DNA of 63,238 nucleotides, counting the filler, from Chthonomonadaceae bacterium (GTDB taxonomy: Bacteria > Armatimonadota > Chthonomonadetes > Chthonomonadales > Chthonomonadaceae), in the NCBI GenBank assembly GCA_035650735.1. It is 3 parts of 3 records of this genome, joined end to end, with 100 filler letters (N's around TTAATTAATTAA, not from the genome) between each part and the next. Parts side by side here need not be neighbours in the genome. Positions count along the whole stretch, not along the records: positions 1 to 31,494 come from DASRGZ010000126.1; 2 more parts are not named here. The stretch is one strand, 5' to 3'. The notes beneath the pieces are model-generated. The model made no database searches. It saw only the letters and a list, made by a program, of their open reading frames with translations, and had not been told where the DNA came from. Positions within the stretch are counted from its first letter, which is position 1. The number at the start of each line of letters is the position of its first letter. This document shows, in pieces, positions 1-10,130 of this stretch. Position numbers and translations under genes: made by a program.

Positions 1-339
1 GCCCAGAATAACGTTATTGCCCACGCGCACTTCGCCGATAATGCGCACGCCGGGAGCGATCCAGACGTTATTGCCGATCTGAGGCACATCCGATCCAAAG
101 CTGCCCCCGACCGTCACGTTCTGGCCGATCATGACCCCCTCTCCAATCGAGCACCGCTCGTGCAGGACAACGCCGATGCCCCCATAGGCGAACTTCGAGC
201 CGTGCCCGATATGGCAGCGGGGTGGTACGGACGAGTTGAATATCAGGAAGGTAAGGTAATAGGTGAGTTTCGGCAGCAGCGGAATGTGATGACGATACGC
301 CCAGTTTCCGATGCGGTAGAATGTGATCGCGTTCAACAT
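1..339 (-). CDS. Serine acetyltransferase-like hexapeptide-repeat O-acetyltransferase (CysE/WcaB-like), runs off window edge
   Basis: Manual translation (absent from ORF track): MLNAITFYRIGNWAYRHHIPLLPKL...FAYGGIGVVLHERCSIGEGVMIGQNVTVGG...PQIGNNVWIAPGVRIIGEVRVGNNVILG; hexapeptide repeats; last visible gene of the EPS cluster. Confidence 0.85.
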   Translation of the reverse strand, partial: MLNAITFYRIGNWAYRHHIPLLPKLTYYLTFLIFNSSVPPRCHIGHGSKFAYGGIGVVLHERCSIGEGVMIGQNVTVGGSFGSDVPQIGNNVWIAPGVRIIGEVRVGNNVILG

Positions 340-358
340 GGTAACACCCGATGGCTCT

Positions 359-474
359 GTGCTCGCTCTTTACCCAGGGGCCTTCCGGCGGGAGAGACCT
401 CACCCCCAGCCCCTCTCCTTCACAAGGAGAGGGGAGAGGAGAGGAAGGATGAAAATAGTGCTCGCTCTTTACCC
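359..474. repeat. REP-like CCCCTCTCC/GGAGAGGGG hairpin flanked by a 17-bp direct repeat
   Basis: GTGCTCGCTCTTTACCC at 359-375 and 458-474; hairpin CCCCTCTCCTT-CAC-AAGGAGAGGGG between them. Confidence 0.85.
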
Positions 475-1647
475 GGCTATCTGATAGGCGGTAGCCGGGA
501 TCTCTGGCACCCAATGGCTGATGGCGATGCGTTTGCGGCTGGCAGCGGCCTCCAGCAATTCTACATATTTGTCCGTGAAGCACGAAGGATTGAACATCGC
601 TTCCGCCATCGCGCGCGCCCGGACGCCCATCGCCTCGCGCTCGGCGGCGCGCCGCTTGCCCATCGCCAGGATCGCCCGCGCCATATCCTCCGGTGAACCG
701 GGATCAAACAGGAAGCCGTTCTGCCCGTCGCGCACGAGGTTGCCAGCATCGCAGACGTTGCTCATCAAGATCGGGCGACCGCAGGCCATCGCCTCGCAGA
801 TGGTATTGGGCAGGCCCTCGAAAAGCGAGGGCAGCGCCACCGCGTCCGCCCGCCGATAGAGCGCGATAACGTCCTTGCTGTCGGGATGGAGCCGGAAACG
901 GTTCTCCAGGCCGTGCCGCGCGATGAGCGTCGAGGCCGCCTGGAAGGGCGTGGGCTGAGGCAGGGGCCGTTCTGAGAACGGATCGTAGCCGTACCAGTCC
1001 ACCGCAATATCCAGATGGGGGGCTTGCGCACGTGCCAACGCCACCGCCTCGACGAAGGCCGGAACGTTCTTTTGATGGCTGTAGCGAGCCGCCACAACGA
1101 TATGCAGCCGGTGATCCTCGCGCGGCGACGGCGGGCCGGGCGAGAATGCCTCCAGGTCCAGCGCGTTATAGATGGTGGCGACTCGCCCGACAAGGCCCGG
1201 CACAGAACGCTCGATGAGCAGGCGGTTCGTATGGGAGTTGGTCGTCACATAGTCGGCTACGGTGTGCAGCCTGCGCCGGGCCTGCTCTTTGAAGCGGCGG
1301 CTGCCCGGCGCGGCATTGCGCTCGGAGACGATCAGGCCCCACCGCCGCGCGGGCAGGGCGGCCAGCTCTGCGTAGAAGCTACAGTTATCTTGAAAGGCCA
1401 GCACCACGTCCTGATCGCCCCGGCGCAGGGCGCTCCGCAGCGCCAGCGCGCGCCGCGCCAGGGAGGGATGGTGAAGGCACCGATAACCGATGCCGGCCTG
1501 CCGGATCATGGGCAGAAAGAAGTCAAAGGGCTGGTAGGTCAGCAGGGACACGTCGATGCCACGCCGCTTGAGCAGCACGGCCAGCGTGCAGAGCTGGCGC
1601 TGCGCCCCTCCCGATATAAGACTGTCAATAAAGCAGGTAACCCGCAT
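469..1647 (-). CDS. Glycosyltransferase family 4 (GT-B)
   Basis: MRVTCFIDSLISGGAQRQL N-terminus; LPSLFEGLPNTICEAMACGRP (EX7E motif); start re-assigned to ATG 1647. Confidence 0.9.
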   Translation of the reverse strand: MRVTCFIDSLISGGAQRQLCTLAVLLKRRGIDVSLLTYQPFDFFLPMIRQAGIGYRCLHHPSLARRALALRSALRRGDQDVVLAFQDNCSFYAELAALPARRWGLIVSERNAAPGSRRFKEQARRRLHTVADYVTTNSHTNRLLIERSVPGLVGRVATIYNALDLEAFSPGPPSPREDHRLHIVVAARYSHQKNVPAFVEAVALARAQAPHLDIAVDWYGYDPFSERPLPQPTPFQAASTLIARHGLENRFRLHPDSKDVIALYRRADAVALPSLFEGLPNTICEAMACGRPILMSNVCDAGNLVRDGQNGFLFDPGSPEDMARAILAMGKRRAAEREAMGVRARAMAEAMFNPSCFTDKYVELLEAAASRKRIAISHWVPEIPATAYQIAG

Positions 1648-1685
1648 TCCATTTTCTCTAGCGCCGACGCGCGGCATGGGCTTGA

Positions 1686-3089
1686 TCAGGACGTTATCAT
1701 GGGAGCCAGGTCGCCGTCCGCCGGTTCGAGCGGCTGCTGTCGCGCTCGCGCCCGTGCCAGCGCTGCCTGGCTGGCGCTGGCTAACGCGAAAGCGATAAGC
1801 AGCCAGAACAGCTTGCGATAGAGCCAGGCGCCGCTCATGTTCATCTGGAGCATCGTGATGGTCATGGCAAGCGGCAAGGCTCCATAGAGGCCGTCGCGCG
1901 CCTGCCATGCCGCACGCAGCCAGAGCCATACGCCGATGATAAACGGAATGCCCCCCGCCAGCCCGGTCTCGGTCAGCACCCATAGGATGACGTTTTGGAC
2001 GTCCTGCTGCTCCACATTCATCTTGCGTTTTAGGGACGCGGTCACGGGCAGGGGAACGCGGCGGTGCAGCTCTACCAGGTTATAGGTCGTGCCCCAGCCG
2101 AATACCGGCCTTTCCATGAACATCTCCCAGGCGGCAGGGAAGAGGCGTTCCCGGTGCGCAAAATTGCCTTTTTCCAGGGCGCGCTCCCAGCGCATCGCCG
2201 CCACTTCGGATTGAGAGATGCCCCAGATGACCACGCCCATCGCGGCCAGGATAATCAGCGCGTTGCGCAGCTTGATCCAGATAGTGCCGCCCTGCAGCAG
2301 ATAGACCAGCAGGCCGGCGGTCAGGGCCAGGATGCCCCCGCGCGAGCCGGTCTGCACAATGGCAAGCGGGATCACGGCTAGGACCGGCCAGGCCGCGTAA
2401 CGAAGCGCCGTCAGCCTGGCATCGCGGCTGAACGCCAGGCCGAGCAGGGCCAGGAAGCCGATAGCCAGAGTGGCGGCCAGCTCGTTCGGGTTCTGCCCGA
2501 TAGTGGAGATGCGATAGTGGGTGCCGCCCTCCTCGAAGGTGGTGCGGGCGATCCCGGAAAGCTGTAGCAGCGCCAGAAGCACGCACGCGAGGGCCAGAGT
2601 TCTCAGCGTGAGCCGCAGCACCCGCTCATGGCGCAGCATATTGTAGGCCAGCCAGAGCAGCACCATCATTTGCACGGACGCAAAGAGTTTGGTCAAAATA
2701 TCATCTTGATACCGGTCGAACTGAAAGATGGCGATGGCGATAGCGGCATAGAGATAGAGCGCAAAGCAAAAGACGGCCTTGGGAGGACGGCGGAGCGTGA
2801 TGCGCGGCTGGAACATCGCCGCCAAGAAGAAGAGATAGCCTAGCAGTTTGGAGGGGGTAAGCGAGATGCCTATATCCAGGGTCTCAAACGGAATCGCCAG
2901 AACCAGCGCGTAGAAGAGCGCGCAAATGATCCGGGACGGCCCGGCCTGTCGCGCCTCCGCGCCGTCCTGTTCCCAGGCCGTAGGGCTGTCTATTGCTGCC
3001 GGCAGGGAACTGGCCTGCCCAGCGATGATCGGTTGTGGGGATGCCCCAAAAGGTGGCCTCATGTAGCCGTTCTCCCAATCCTTACCCAT
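1686..3089 (-). CDS. O-antigen ligase/polymerase (Wzy_C) family membrane protein
   Basis: Multiple TM helices; QNPNELA, TGSRGG, FMERPVFGWG, LTETGLAG motifs; exact start uncertain. Confidence 0.85.
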   Translation of the reverse strand: MGKDWENGYMRPPFGASPQPIIAGQASSLPAAIDSPTAWEQDGAEARQAGPSRIICALFYALVLAIPFETLDIGISLTPSKLLGYLFFLAAMFQPRITLRRPPKAVFCFALYLYAAIAIAIFQFDRYQDDILTKLFASVQMMVLLWLAYNMLRHERVLRLTLRTLALACVLLALLQLSGIARTTFEEGGTHYRISTIGQNPNELAATLAIGFLALLGLAFSRDARLTALRYAAWPVLAVIPLAIVQTGSRGGILALTAGLLVYLLQGGTIWIKLRNALIILAAMGVVIWGISQSEVAAMRWERALEKGNFAHRERLFPAAWEMFMERPVFGWGTTYNLVELHRRVPLPVTASLKRKMNVEQQDVQNVILWVLTETGLAGGIPFIIGVWLWLRAAWQARDGLYGALPLAMTITMLQMNMSGAWLYRKLFWLLIAFALASASQAALARARARQQPLEPADGDLAPMITS

Positions 3090-3184
3090 ATTTGCCGGGG
3101 GGGTGAAAACCCCCGTCTGTAGGGCGGCTATGCCGCCAACCGTCCTAGCGGACGGAACAACCCGGTTTTACTGTGCGTCCGCAG

Positions 3185-3313
3185 TCGCAAGGCAGAGGCG
3201 CGAGTATCGCCAGGCGGAGATCGCCAGGCAGAGCCGCGAACCGTTGAGCGGCGTCCCTGGCAGTCGAGCGTGCGTAGTTCCGACCCTAGCAGTGGTAGCG
3301 CCGTCCCTTGCAG
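3185..3313 (+). repeat. Nested 'bracket' repeat cluster (3 left + 3 right motifs)
   Basis: TCGC(A/C)AGGC(A/G)GAG at 3185, 3207, 3221; G(T/A)CCCT(G/A/T)GCAG at 3253, 3282, 3303. Confidence 0.85.
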
Positions 3314-3356
3314 TCGCTTGGCCGCAGGTCACACAGACGGGTAATTTACTGTCCGG

Positions 3357-4709
3357 CTAGCGGACTTCCGAAATGGTAAAGCGATATTTGCCCGAAGCTG
3401 TGCTCGGTATGTCTTCCACAAAATCCACCGTCACCGCGCAGGGCTTCTCCATGACCAGCGCGACCTTCTCGATTACTTCCGCCGTGTTGACCCCATCGGG
3501 AATACGCTCGTCCCGGACGATCTTGACCTCTATACGGTCGTAGTCCCGCTGGGTGAGCTGGAAGCGCTTGATGGCGCCTTTGCCGTTGAGCACGACGCCG
3601 AGCAGGTGAGTAAAATACTCGCCGGGAATCACTCTGCCGGTGCGCGTGCGGAAGTTATCCGTCATCCGACCGGTGACCTTCTGCAAGACCTGCCGGCCCG
3701 TGCGGGCGGGGCTTTCGCCCGGAGCCAGCGCGCCGCAATCTCCAATTCGATATCGCAGCAGCGGCATGGCGTAGTTGGTCAGGCTGGTGACAAGGATGTT
3801 GCCTTCCACGCCGGGAGGCACCGGGCAGCCCTCGTCGTCCACGATCTCCACATAGTTATTCCAGGGGGCCACCCAGAGGCCCTGCACGCCTGGAATTTCG
3901 CTGGCGATGTTGCCGACTTCCCGGCAGCCATAGCGATTGAAGATGCGGGCCTGAAAAACCGTTTCGATGGTCTCGCGCATAAACGGGTGGAGCGTGCCGG
4001 CGGATGCCGTGATCGCGTTTTGCGGGGCAACGCGAAGGCCCTCGGCCTGGGCGAATCGGGCCAGTTCGTAGATGGCCTGCGCATAGGCCACGATCATTTT
4101 CGGGGGCTTGCGGTTGAGCGCATCGAGGTAGGCGCGCATCTGGGCCGCCTCCATGCGGAAGGCATTCATGAAGGTGGTCGCGGTCAGGAAGTTCGACAGC
4201 TTCTTCTGCCAACCGATGGTTCCCGCAAAGAGGTCACGCTCCGATCCCCAGAGATAGACGACCGGCTCGCCGACGTCGTATCCGGCCAGGTGATAATAGA
4301 GATAGATCAGCGCGATGCTCCAGTCCTCATAGGCGACATCCTGGATAATCTTGACCGGCTCGCCGGTGGAACCCCCGGAGGTATTATAGACCCACTTGCG
4401 GCTCGCCAGGTCGGCGCTTTTGAGCCGCTCAAACTCGTCACGAATAGTGTCTTTGGTCAGGATCGGCAGGGCTTGCAGGCAGCGCTCCGGGTCCTTCTCC
4501 AGGTCCTTGCCGTCTCCGAGCCGCCGCATCGCCTCCGCGTAGTAAGGCACAGATTGCCGGCAATGCGCTAGAAGCTGCGCCAGGCGGCTGCGAACCGTAT
4601 CCTTAGGGATGCCGGCCTGGTACTCCTGGAGCATCTGGCGGTAGCGCTGCGGATATTTGCGCCCTTGCAGCGATTTGATGGCGAAGAAAGTGGTGCCTCT
4701 TGCGTTCAT
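3357..4709 (-). CDS. CapK/phenylacetate-CoA ligase-like adenylate-forming enzyme
   Basis: TSGGSTGEP P-loop, YGCREVG, RYRIGD, TASGKYR motifs; EPS cluster context. Confidence 0.88.
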   Translation of the reverse strand: MNARGTTFFAIKSLQGRKYPQRYRQMLQEYQAGIPKDTVRSRLAQLLAHCRQSVPYYAEAMRRLGDGKDLEKDPERCLQALPILTKDTIRDEFERLKSADLASRKWVYNTSGGSTGEPVKIIQDVAYEDWSIALIYLYYHLAGYDVGEPVVYLWGSERDLFAGTIGWQKKLSNFLTATTFMNAFRMEAAQMRAYLDALNRKPPKMIVAYAQAIYELARFAQAEGLRVAPQNAITASAGTLHPFMRETIETVFQARIFNRYGCREVGNIASEIPGVQGLWVAPWNNYVEIVDDEGCPVPPGVEGNILVTSLTNYAMPLLRYRIGDCGALAPGESPARTGRQVLQKVTGRMTDNFRTRTGRVIPGEYFTHLLGVVLNGKGAIKRFQLTQRDYDRIEVKIVRDERIPDGVNTAEVIEKVALVMEKPCAVTVDFVEDIPSTASGKYRFTISEVR

Positions 4710-4763
4710 GATTGCGCTTCTATGGGCCGGGCACGCAGGGTTCCGGCGCTCGAAAGGTATCGC

Positions 4764-5915
4764 TCAATTCTGGCTGTGCCGCTGCCATCTCGCGTCGAGT
4801 ATGGTCAGGAGCGTCTCATGGTGCGCCTCGCAGCGCACAACGTTGTGCAGGTAGCGCAGCGCCTGATCCGAATAGAGCAGCCGGACCAGTTTCCCGCCGC
4901 GATTGAAGCGATGCATCAGCCGATTAAATCCTAGCGCCTGCCCTAAGGCCCAGTGGCGCTTCTGCGCGCAGAATTGCGCCCACTGCGCGCGGACAAAGGC
5001 TTTATCCTGGATCGCTTCCGAGCGTGCCCGGATCGTCTCAAGGAACGCCTGCGCCTGCTCACCCTGCATTTTCCGTGCCCCTATCTCCGCGCCCGATTGG
5101 GTATAGGGAATTATCTCCATCGTCGAGCTAAAATCCGGGCGAATCGACAGGCGCACCAGAAAGCCCTCATGCCAGGCGGCCTCTCTGCCGGGAGAGTCAA
5201 AGATGAAGTTGCCCTGCCCATAGACAATGTGCCCGTTCTGGTAGTTCTCATAGCATCCGGCGCAGTGCGAATGCTGACAGAGGACGGCGTTGGCCCCTTC
5301 TTCGACCAGGAAGCGGCACGTCTCCATCAGGCGCGGGCTGGGAAACGGATAGTGCTCGTTGCCGCCGTGCAGCAGCACGATCAGATAATCATACTCGGCT
5401 CGATAGCGGCGAATGATGCGCACGTTCTCTATCAGGTCCAGCGGCGCGGCGCCCCAGGAATCCTCGGTCGCAATGGACCACTCGTGTTCGGCTACGGCAA
5501 GGATGGCCACACGAACGCCGCCGAGGCGCGTCAGGAACGGGCGTTGGGCCGCTTCCAGGTCCGCGCCTGCGCCCACGGTGGCGATCCCGACGCGGGCGCA
5601 GGCGGCCAGGGTAGTCCGAAGGCCCGCCTCGCCGTGATCGAGGACATGGTTGTTCGCCAATCCGACCACGTCTATACGCGCGGCCTTCAATCCGTGAATA
5701 CAGGCGCCCTCGGCCCCCAGCACCGGCCCGGTTTTGGGAATGGGGCTTTCCGATTCGATGAGCGGGCATTCCAGGTTCACGACCCTCAGATCGGCCTTTT
5801 CCATCTCTTCCAGCAGGTCATGGAAGAGGGCCGCCGCGTCGCCGCGTTGAAAACTGGAGAAATTACGGGCCGTCGGGCAGACATCGCCGCCGACGAGAAT
5901 GTTTATGGTGCTCAT
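4764..5915 (-). CDS. CapA/PGA_cap family metallophosphoesterase-fold protein
   Basis: VGGDV, VNLECP, LANNHVLDHG, LHGGNE, HSH, YGQGNFIFD motifs; start taken at MSTINILVGGD. Confidence 0.9.
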   Translation of the reverse strand: MSTINILVGGDVCPTARNFSSFQRGDAAALFHDLLEEMEKADLRVVNLECPLIESESPIPKTGPVLGAEGACIHGLKAARIDVVGLANNHVLDHGEAGLRTTLAACARVGIATVGAGADLEAAQRPFLTRLGGVRVAILAVAEHEWSIATEDSWGAAPLDLIENVRIIRRYRAEYDYLIVLLHGGNEHYPFPSPRLMETCRFLVEEGANAVLCQHSHCAGCYENYQNGHIVYGQGNFIFDSPGREAAWHEGFLVRLSIRPDFSSTMEIIPYTQSGAEIGARKMQGEQAQAFLETIRARSEAIQDKAFVRAQWAQFCAQKRHWALGQALGFNRLMHRFNRGGKLVRLLYSDQALRYLHNVVRCEAHHETLLTILDARWQRHSQN

Positions 5916-5997
5916 TTTTGCGATACTGCGCAGGTCTGCCTGCAAAATCCGTAGTGTTCTGAGAGGCCGCTGCTGTGCATTTGGGCGGTACGACTCC

Positions 5998-6759
5998 TCA
6001 GGCCTCACCTTTGCGGGCCACGATCAGGCCATAGGGCGAAAGTAGTTTACTGGAGACGCGCAGCGCTTTGGGCAGCAGGCTGGCGAGCTTCCATAGCGCG
6101 AGAATAAGGCGGCGGTCCCGACGCACATGGGGGTGCTTCGGGGAAAGCCAGGTATCCATGTTCCAGATATAAGCGCACTTTAGAATCTGAATGTCGGGAA
6201 GCGCCTCGCAATAGCCGCGCAGCACGGACATATCCATGATGTCGGTATTATGAATGCGCAGCGACTCCTCCAACTGTTCTGGCGTCAGGACGAGGCGACG
6301 CAGGGCCATCTGCATCGCCCCAAAAATGGGCAGCCCGACTACCAGGAAGCCGCCCGGCGCTACCAACTCCCAATGCCGGCGCAAAATCGGCTCGACATTA
6401 TCAAAGTGCTCGATGAAGCCGAAAGAGATCACGATGTTAAAGCGGCGATCTGTTTGCAGGGTCAGTAAATCCTGCTCAATGGACTCCAGGTCCGGGATGC
6501 CGAACTCTCGAAACATCGCCGGAAGTTCGTGGACGCGCGGCAGAATATCCAGGGCGACCGGATGGTAGCCGTGGCTGCGCGCGAGGGCCGCCAGGTTGTG
6601 GCCGGGGCACGCGCCGATCTCAATCACCGACCAGTCCTTACGTTTGGGCAGCCAGCGGTCAAACTCCGGCTGAAACAGAGAGGTCGGGTTCGAGGGCAGG
6701 CGATTGAACTCGGTGCCCTCCCAGTACTCTCGTGTGGCGCGACATCTCTGAGCTTCCAT
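5998..6759 (-). CDS. Class I SAM-dependent methyltransferase
   Basis: IEIGACPG motif I; FNIVISFGFIEHF; LVAPGGFLVV. Confidence 0.85.
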   Translation of the reverse strand: MEAQRCRATREYWEGTEFNRLPSNPTSLFQPEFDRWLPKRKDWSVIEIGACPGHNLAALARSHGYHPVALDILPRVHELPAMFREFGIPDLESIEQDLLTLQTDRRFNIVISFGFIEHFDNVEPILRRHWELVAPGGFLVVGLPIFGAMQMALRRLVLTPEQLEESLRIHNTDIMDMSVLRGYCEALPDIQILKCAYIWNMDTWLSPKHPHVRRDRRLILALWKLASLLPKALRVSSKLLSPYGLIVARKGEA

Positions 6760-6811
6760 CTCCTTAATATCCTCAGATCAACTTTGCCCGATTGCTATGT
6801 CATCTCGGCTT

Positions 6812-8374
6812 TCACCGCTTGCGGCCCGCGAACGGAAGCATGCTCCAGAGCGCCTCTCGCTCCTGCGCCGACAGGAGAACCCGATAGACGAGGATCAGAT
6901 AGACTGCCGCGATCACCAGTATGCTCGCTAGGAGACGGCTCCAGTTCAGGGTGCCTTCCAGCAGGAGCGCCAGCCGGCACAATCCGACCGTCATGGCCGT
7001 CATGCCCATAATGGGCAGCATTTCCCGGAAGAAGGTGCCGTAGCCCCGCCGCAGAATGTGGGCCGCATACAGGGGCGTAAAGGCGATGTTCTTGCCGGTA
7101 AGCGTGATCGCCCCCGCTGCGGCCACGCCGTAAAGGCCCCAGTGCATCGGCCCAGCCAGAAGCAGGGCCAGGCCCAGGTTGCACAGGCCCATCAGCATCG
7201 TCACGATACCGGGCACGCGCATGCTGTCGGTTGCCAGTTGCAGGTTCAGCAGCGGCATGATCGCCAGGTTCACGCACAGGTGCGCCGACATGAGCGTGAG
7301 CAGGGGGGCCAGGCTGCCGAATTTGGGTCCCAGCCACAGGCGCAGTATCGGCTCGGAGAGGCCGCAGAGCAGACTGATGGGCAGCGCCAGCAACAGCCCG
7401 ATAAACTTGACCGCCCGGCGAGCATAGGCGATCAGGCCTGTAATGTCCTTGCGGGCGAAAAGATAAAGGATGGTCGGCGTAAATACGCTCTGGATGGCGG
7501 CGGCCAGATAACGCAGCGTCAACGGCAACTGCATCACGGCTGCGTAACGTCCGCTGGCTTCCGCCCCCAGCAGCCGGTTGATCACCAGAAGATCTATGCT
7601 GAGGAACAGAATGGCCCCTATCTGGTTGACGATGACCCAGCCGCCCGTGCTGGTCAGGCTGCGTAAGACGCCCCAATCGAAATTGCGAACGCTGACATGC
7701 AGGGTCGGGGTCAAGAGGCGCCAGAACCGGATGGCGCCCAGGGAAGAGACAATCGCGCCGGCAAGGATGCCAAGCCCCATGTGCCAGAGGCGGGGCGTGG
7801 TCATCTGAAACAGCAGCACGACCAGCCCGACGCGCGTGGTGGTTTCGCAGACGCTTACCAGATTTCTCAGGTCGAAGCGGTTATGGCAGAACGTGGCCAC
7901 GTCGAAGGGCGTCTTGATCTCGTTGAGCAGAAACGCGAAGATGGTGCAGACGAACAGCCAGCGCGCCTGTCCCTCGTAGCCAGGGGGCACGCGCAGAAAC
8001 CAATCCGTGTGCATCGCCATCCAGAGGGCCGGGCCGAGGAGGGCCCCCGTGAGAATCAGGCTGCCGACAAAGGAGGTATTAAAAACCAGCCTGGCCCGCT
8101 CCTCGTTTCCCTCCTCCAGCGCGATTGTGATGGACCTGCCGACGGCGGAGTTGAGGCCCAGCGTGATGAGCGCCATATAGGCGGTCATGGTGGTGGCCAG
8201 AGGGATCAATCCGTAGGCCGCCGTTCCCAGGTGATGAATGAGATAGGGAACGAAGCAGATACCGACAATCATCGCCAGCCCGAAATTGGCGACGTTGGCG
8301 ACGACATTGACGGCGAAGCGTCCTCGCTTGATGGCGGTCTTCTGTGGGCTGCTACTTTCCAGGACTGCGCTCAT
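6812..8374 (-). CDS. Wzx-type polysaccharide flippase (MOP/MATE superfamily)
   Basis: About 14 hydrophobic helices; LGTAAYGL; DLLVINRLLGAEASGRYA; alternative start 8407. Confidence 0.88.
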   Translation of the reverse strand: MSAVLESSSPQKTAIKRGRFAVNVVANVANFGLAMIVGICFVPYLIHHLGTAAYGLIPLATTMTAYMALITLGLNSAVGRSITIALEEGNEERARLVFNTSFVGSLILTGALLGPALWMAMHTDWFLRVPPGYEGQARWLFVCTIFAFLLNEIKTPFDVATFCHNRFDLRNLVSVCETTTRVGLVVLLFQMTTPRLWHMGLGILAGAIVSSLGAIRFWRLLTPTLHVSVRNFDWGVLRSLTSTGGWVIVNQIGAILFLSIDLLVINRLLGAEASGRYAAVMQLPLTLRYLAAAIQSVFTPTILYLFARKDITGLIAYARRAVKFIGLLLALPISLLCGLSEPILRLWLGPKFGSLAPLLTLMSAHLCVNLAIMPLLNLQLATDSMRVPGIVTMLMGLCNLGLALLLAGPMHWGLYGVAAAGAITLTGKNIAFTPLYAAHILRRGYGTFFREMLPIMGMTAMTVGLCRLALLLEGTLNWSRLLASILVIAAVYLILVYRVLLSAQEREALWSMLPFAGRKR

Positions 8375-8626
8375 GCCCTGCCGATCCCCATGCGCACGCG
8401 ACTGCATTTGCTTATACCGAGCAAGAAGAGGACTCCTTATTGTACGCGCTCGTACGCGGTTGAACTAGCGCCTCGGCAGCACGGCACGCAAGCGTTTCTT
8501 TTCGGGCGGCTAAAGCCGCAGCAACAGAGGCACAAAACCCGCCGGTGCGGGTTCTGCCCTCACCCTCTCCTTAGAAGGAAAAAACGGAGGGAGCCTGGTC
8601 GTGCTGCCTGGCACCACTATTAGCTT

Positions 8627-8643
8627 AGCAAATGGCGTGCCAG
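8627..8643 (-). promoter_or_regulatory. Sigma-54 (-24/-12) promoter upstream of the flippase
   Basis: Minus strand CTGGCACGCCATTTGCT matches TGGCAC-N5-TTGCW. Confidence 0.7.
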
Positions 8644-8704
8644 AGTGCATGGCGATCATGCGGGAATCGGTCTTTCCGGCGGCTTGCGGCAAGGGCGTGC
8701 GCGC

Positions 8705-9733
8705 TTAAACCTGGTAGTAGGCCCGGTACCACTCCACAAAGCGGGCGACGCCCTCTTCAATCGGCGTGTTGGGCGTGAATCCGGTATCCCGCTCAAGGTC
8801 GGAGATGTCGGCATAGGTGGTATGGACATCGCCGGGCTGCAGCGGCAGCAGGTTCTTGATCGCCTTCTTGCCCAGGCACTCCTCAAACACCTCGATAAAC
8901 CGCAGCAGGCTTACCGGCTGGTGGTTGCCGATATTGTAGATGCGGTAGGGCGCGTAGCTGGTGGCGGGATCGGGTGCCTCCGCCGACCATTCCGGGTTGG
9001 GCTGCGCGGGCCGGTCCAGCACGCGCACGACACCTTCGACGATGTCATCCACGTAGGTGAAATCGCGATACATATCGCCGTAGTTGAACACGTCAATCGG
9101 GCAGCCTTCGAGGATGGCTCGGGCGAAGAGGAAAGGAGCCATGTCAGGCCGTCCCCATGGACCATACACGGTAAAGAAGCGCAGGCCGGTGGTCGGCAGC
9201 CCATAGAGATGGCTGTAGGTATGCGCCATCAGCTCATTGGCCTTCTTGGTGGCGGCATACAGGCTGACAGGGTGATTGACTCCATCGTGCTCGGAGAAGG
9301 GCATCTTCTTGTTGGCGCCGTAGACCGAGCTGGAGGAGGCAAAGACCAGATGCTTCACCTGGGTTTGGCGGCACCCTTCGAGGATATGGGTAAATCCCAC
9401 CAGGTTGCTGCTGATGTAAACATGCGGGTTTTGCAGCGAGTAGCGCACGCCCGCCTGCGCCGCCAGGTTGACCACGCGTTCCGGGGCGTGCTCGGTAAAG
9501 AGCCGCCCGATGCCCTCGCCGTCGGCCAGGTCCAGCGGATAGAAGTGGAAGCGGGGATGGGCTTGCAGTTGCGCCAGGCGCGCTTGCTTGAGGGAAACGT
9601 CGTAGTAGGGGTTGAGATTATCCAGCCCGATCACGTTCTCGCCGCGCGCCAGCAGGCGCTGGCTGAGATGGAACCCGATGAAGCCGGCAGCGCCGGTCAC
9701 CAGTACGGTCGGCGCGTCGCTTCGTGCTTGCAA
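8705..9733 (-). CDS. NAD-dependent epimerase, UDP-glucuronate 4-epimerase type
   Basis: [51 protein letters not shown] start at 9733 with AAGGAGG RBS (9741-9747). The 9847 start in the ORF track runs into the CRISPR array. Confidence 0.93.
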   Translation of the reverse strand: MQARSDAPTVLVTGAAGFIGFHLSQRLLARGENVIGLDNLNPYYDVSLKQARLAQLQAHPRFHFYPLDLADGEGIGRLFTEHAPERVVNLAAQAGVRYSLQNPHVYISSNLVGFTHILEGCRQTQVKHLVFASSSSVYGANKKMPFSEHDGVNHPVSLYAATKKANELMAHTYSHLYGLPTTGLRFFTVYGPWGRPDMAPFLFARAILEGCPIDVFNYGDMYRDFTYVDDIVEGVVRVLDRPAQPNPEWSAEAPDPATSYAPYRIYNIGNHQPVSLLRFIEVFEECLGKKAIKNLLPLQPGDVHTTYADISDLERDTGFTPNTPIEEGVARFVEWYRAYYQV

Positions 9734-9781
9734 TGACAGACCTCCTTGGTTTGATAGCGCACAATCCGGCCCTGACGACCT

Positions 9782-9812
9782 GAACCAGGGACAGCGTACC
9801 TGCCCCTGGTTC
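9782..9812. other. Stem-loop between CRISPR array and epimerase RBS
   Basis: GAACCAGGG-ACAG-CGTAC-CTGC-CCCTGGTTC inverted repeat, no U-tract. Confidence 0.6.
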
Positions 9813-9839
9813 GAAGATGCCGCCGGAACCAGAACTCCG

Positions 9840-10103
9840 CGGTTCACTCCCGCGCGTGCGGGGAATATTCCTCCAGAACCTGATGGAGTGGATACCCCTC
9901 CGGTTCACCCCCATGCGTGTGGGGAATATCTGGTGCGTGTTGCCCGTGAGACGGGACCGGCCGGTTCACCCCCACGCGTGTGGGGAATATGTAACATCGC
10001 ACACCTCCGCTGCGGGCGTTTGCGGTTCACCCCCACGCGTGGGGGGAATATGCTTGTTAGTTCTTCTGTCAAGTGTTGTAAGACAGTTCACCTACGCGGG
10101 AGT
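9840..10103 (-). CRISPR. Orphan type I-E-like CRISPR mini-array: 4 repeats (29 bp) + 1 degenerate repeat, four 32-bp spacers
   Basis: Repeats at 9840, 9901, 9962, 10023 (61-bp period), relic CAGTTCACCTACGCGGGAGT at 10084; minus-strand consensus ATATTCCCCACACGCGTGGGGGTGAACCG has the I-E hairpin and AACCG end; spacers unique; no cas genes in window. Confidence 0.92.
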
Positions 10104-10130
10104 AGTCTCTCCCTTGGAGCAGCGCGATGC

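Noticed and set aside
9869..10083. Self-targeting by CRISPR spacers within this window
   Set aside because: No match found by eye; a proper alignment is needed before claiming either way
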